Shown piece after piece: positions 60,655 through 64,000 of a stretch of 64,000 nt of DNA. How positions within the stretch are numbered: position 1 is the stretch's first letter; the number at the start of each line of letters is the position of its first letter. The notes beneath the pieces were generated by a model that searched no databases, was not told the origin of the DNA, and saw nothing but the letters and a program-made list of their open reading frames with translations. This DNA is from Octopus sinensis (Eukaryota), in assembly GCF_006345805.1 (NCBI RefSeq), contig NC_042998.1, positions 39,804,001 through 39,868,000 of the forward strand, given 5' to 3'. A program made the position numbers and the translations under genes.

Positions 60655-62053
60655 GTGGGAGCTAGGCTTAGAATCAAAAGGCCTTAGAGTCAATGTAGCA
60701 AAGACCAAAGTCTTAGTAAGTAGGAAGGCAAACACACCACACACCCCTTCAGGTAGGTGGCCCTGCTCGATCTGTAGAAAAGGTGTAGGTAGAAACTCCA
60801 TAAGATGTACCCAGTGTAAGCTATGGACACATTAGAGGTGCAGCACCATCAAAGGAAAATTAACCAAGAATATAGCTTTTGTGTGTGGCAGATGCACAGT
60901 GGCAGTAGACACCATTGATACTCAGAAAACAGATTTCATTACACTCCTGGGGGAGAAACTAGAAGTAGTTGATAGTTTCCACTACCTAGGTGACCAAGTT
61001 AGTAGTGGGGGTGGATGCTCAGAGAGTGTTACCACTAGAATAAGAATAGCCTGGGCAAAGTTCAGAAAGCTCCTACCCGTACTGGTGACAAAGGGTCTCT
61101 CACTCAGAGTGAAAGGTAGATTGTACGACGCATGTGTGCGAACTGCAATGTTTCACAGTAGTGAAACATGGGCAGTGACTGCAGAGCACATGCATAGGCT
61201 TGAAAGAAATGAAGCTAGCATGATCTGCTGGATGTGTAATGTCAGTGTGCATACACAACAGAGTGTAAGTGCCCTGAGAGAAATGCTGGACAAAAGAAGC
61301 ATTGGATGTGGCGTGCAAGAGAGACGTCTGCGCTGGTATGGTCATGTACTATGGATGGATGAGGATAGATGTGTGAAGAAGTGCCACTCCCTAACAGTTG
61401 AAGGAATCCAGGGTAGAGGTAGACCCAGGAAGAAATGGCATGAGGTGGTCAAGCATGACCATCAAACGTTGGGTCTCACAGAAGCAATGACGGATGACCA
61501 AGACCTCTGGAGATATGCTGTGACTGCGAAGACCTGACAAATAATGTGAGTTCATGGCTGTTTCCTGCACCAGCTTCACATAGAAGACCCAGCCCTTCCA
61601 AAGTGCCTTGGATTGCTGTACTTACCTTGGATCGTAGGGCAACCTGCTGTGCTTAAGGAGACCTATTGAGTCAAGTATATCAACATCAAAAAATCAAATG
61701 GAAATTGTAGTTGCGATACCTGTGCCGGTGGCATGTAAAATGCACCATCCATATGTGACCGATACCAGCACCGCCTTGACTGACTTCCATGCTTGTGGCA
61801 CATAAAAAGCACCAACTGATTGTGGCTGTTGCCAGCATCCCCTAGCACCTGTGCCAGTGGCACATAAAAAACACCACCCATACGTGGTCGATGCCACCAC
61901 CACCTTGACTGGCTTCCATGCTGGTGGCACATAAAAAGCACCCACTACACTCATGGAGTGATTGGCGTTAGGAAGGGTATCCAGCTGTAGAACCGTCCAA
62001 CCCATGCTAGCATGGAAAACGGACGTTAAACGATGATGATGATGATGATGATG

Positions 62054-62058
<5 letters not shown>
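60655..62058 (+). mobile_element. 5'-truncated RTE LINE (post-YADD C-terminus, 3' UTR, (GAT)n tail)
   Basis: LESKGLRVNVAKTK, CSICRKGVG.NSI.CTQCKLW.H, RIAWAKFR.LLP, SETW, RRLRWYGHV; tail (GAT)n followed by (TA)n to about 62135. Confidence 0.92.
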
Positions 62059-62137
<79 letters not shown>

Positions 62138-62277
62138 TATGTATAGTATTAAACATCCATCACAGCTGGTCTTACGAATTGGTTTCATGTAAAGAATACA
62201 ATGGAGTGTTAGGTAACAAACTAATTATATAACTTTACACTCGTCAAAGTTAGCCGATATGGAAAAGAATATGGTGA

Positions 62278-62343
62278 CTGCTCTCTATTGTCAGAGGTGG
62301 ATAGGGCAATCTGCTCTCTATTGTCAGAGGTGGATAGGGCAAT
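62278..62343. repeat. Perfect 33-bp tandem duplication
   Basis: CTGCTCTCTATTGTCAGAGGTGGATAGGGCAAT x2. Confidence 0.95.
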
Positions 62344-62558
62344 CAATCAGCAGTTGCTGTGAAATAAAAAAGGGACCAGGGATTAGTTTAGGAATTATGT
62401 CTCTTGATTGGGTATGCTGTGAAGCCGGCAAGAGTTATCTTGAAGTGGGGAAAGTGTGTATTAGTAATGTGGTGCTCCTGTGGGAATGGGGTATGTGTCA
62501 GTGTCATATGTATAATTTGTATATGTTTATGTATATATTTAAAATATGTTTATGTACA

Positions 62559-62595
<37 letters not shown>

Positions 62596-62597
<2 letters not shown>

Positions 62598-63045
62598 AGA
62601 TCTGATCAAAGAGTATTGGGACTATTGCTATAAAAAAAACTACAACAATTCGGCATTTAATCTCCTTCAAAGAAGTCCCCTTCTGAAGCTGCATATTTTA
62701 TTCCGTGTTATTTCCATTGCTGGAAGCATTCCTGGAATTCCTTTTTTGAGGATAGTGAGCAGCAGCTGCCTGGTCACATTCTTTTGAATTTCCTTGGCAC
62801 CTTGAAATCTTGTTTCCTTTCAAGTGGGACTTGAGTTTTCAAATGAGTGGAAAGTTACAAGTAGCAAGATCTGGGGAATATAGTGGTTGTCGGACCTATG
62901 GAATGTTATGCTGGGCCAAAAGCTGCTGCAACTGAAAGCAATTTTGGCACAAACTTGACAGACACATATCTCATAACCAAATTTTCAGTGAGATTAGACC
63001 AAACTGAACTGTAACTAATGACCACATCCTCCTACAACACCTACA
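62596..63045 (-). mobile_element. Mariner 3' relic with internal deletion
   Basis: Minus strand gives YSPDLA.C.F...KLK..LKG..F....EI.K.VT.QL...F..CF.QW...C.ASEGD.FEGD; terminus TA|CAAGATCTGATCAAAGAG. Confidence 0.7.
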
Positions 63046-64000
63046 CACTGATTTGATGAGACCTCATATATATATGAATGTATATGCATATAAAATCAAA
63101 ATCAAATTCGATGACTGGCATCCGTGCTAGTGGGGTGCAAAGAGCACCATACGAGTGTGATCGTTGACAGAGTGGATAACCGGCTTCCGTGCCAGTGGCG
63201 CATAAAAGGCACCATTCGAGTGTGATCGTTACCAGCGTCGCCTTACTGATTCTTGTGCCCGTGCTAGTAGGGTGCCAAGAGCACCATCCGAGCGTGATCG
63301 CTGCCAAAGTGGCTAACTGGCTTCTGTGCCAGTGGCACATAAAAGGGAACCATTCGAGCGTGACCGTTACCAACATCGCCTTATTGGCACCTGTGTCAGT
63401 GGCATGAGTAAAAAGATTTGTGCGAGGTCATTACCAGTATCGTCTGACCGGCCCCCGTGCCGGTGGCACATAAAAAGCACCCACTACACTCTCGGAGTGG
63501 TTGGTGTTAGGAAGGACATCCAGCTGTAGAAACTCTACCAGATCAAGATTGGAGACTGGTGCAACCATCTGGTTCACCAGCCCTCAGTCAAAATCGTCCG
63601 ACCCATGCTAGCATGGAAAGCGGACGTTAAACGATGATGATGATATATATATATAATTGTGTGTGTGTACACACACATGCGCACACACACATGTATGCAT
63701 GCACACACACATGCACACACACACACATGCACACACACACATGTCTGACATTACAGATGCTTTGCATTCCTGAAAATTTTGCTGTAACAAGAAGCTGTGT
63801 AACATGAAACCTATTTTCCCATTGACTTTGATGTTACAAAATGAAATGCATTCCAACGAAATATTTTCAGTGAAATAACTAAAAAAAAAGATACATGGCT
63901 GTGTAGTTAAGAAGCTTACTTTCCAGCCATGTGGCTTTCGGTTCAGTTCCATAACACAGAACCTTAGTCAAGTGCCTTCTACTATGGCTTCAAGCCAACC

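Overview
AT-rich, repeat-dense eukaryotic DNA. The repeat landscape (RTE LINEs with (GAT)n tails, tRNA/CORE-type SINEs, long TA/CA microsatellites) suggests a coleoid cephalopod, probably Octopus; this is inference. Two complete, convergent 7-exon genes can be spliced by hand into uninterrupted ORFs. The first is a mitochondrial ES1/GATD3 (DJ-1/PfpI family) gene on +, 7463-28658, 254 aa. The second is pre-mRNA splicing factor SYF2 on -, 54693-40488, 238 aa, with a tRNA-Gly(GCC) gene placed head-to-head 292 bp upstream. The rest is mostly decayed mobile DNA: RTE, CR1-like, R4/Dong-like and CRE-like LINEs, a Penelope-like GIY-YIG relic, Tc1/mariner relics, MITEs and SINEs. Two things stand out. 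(1) The last ES1 intron is a U12-type intron with rare AT-AT ends. (2) There are four minimal type-I hammerhead-ribozyme-like motifs, showing three different 3:8 core pairs (C-G, U-A, A-U). One pair forms an inverted duplication in a SYF2 intron, and the copy on the pre-mRNA strand carries the classic inactivating G5A change. Exon, tRNA and motif coordinates were counted exactly; repeat boundaries are approximate. No database searches were possible.
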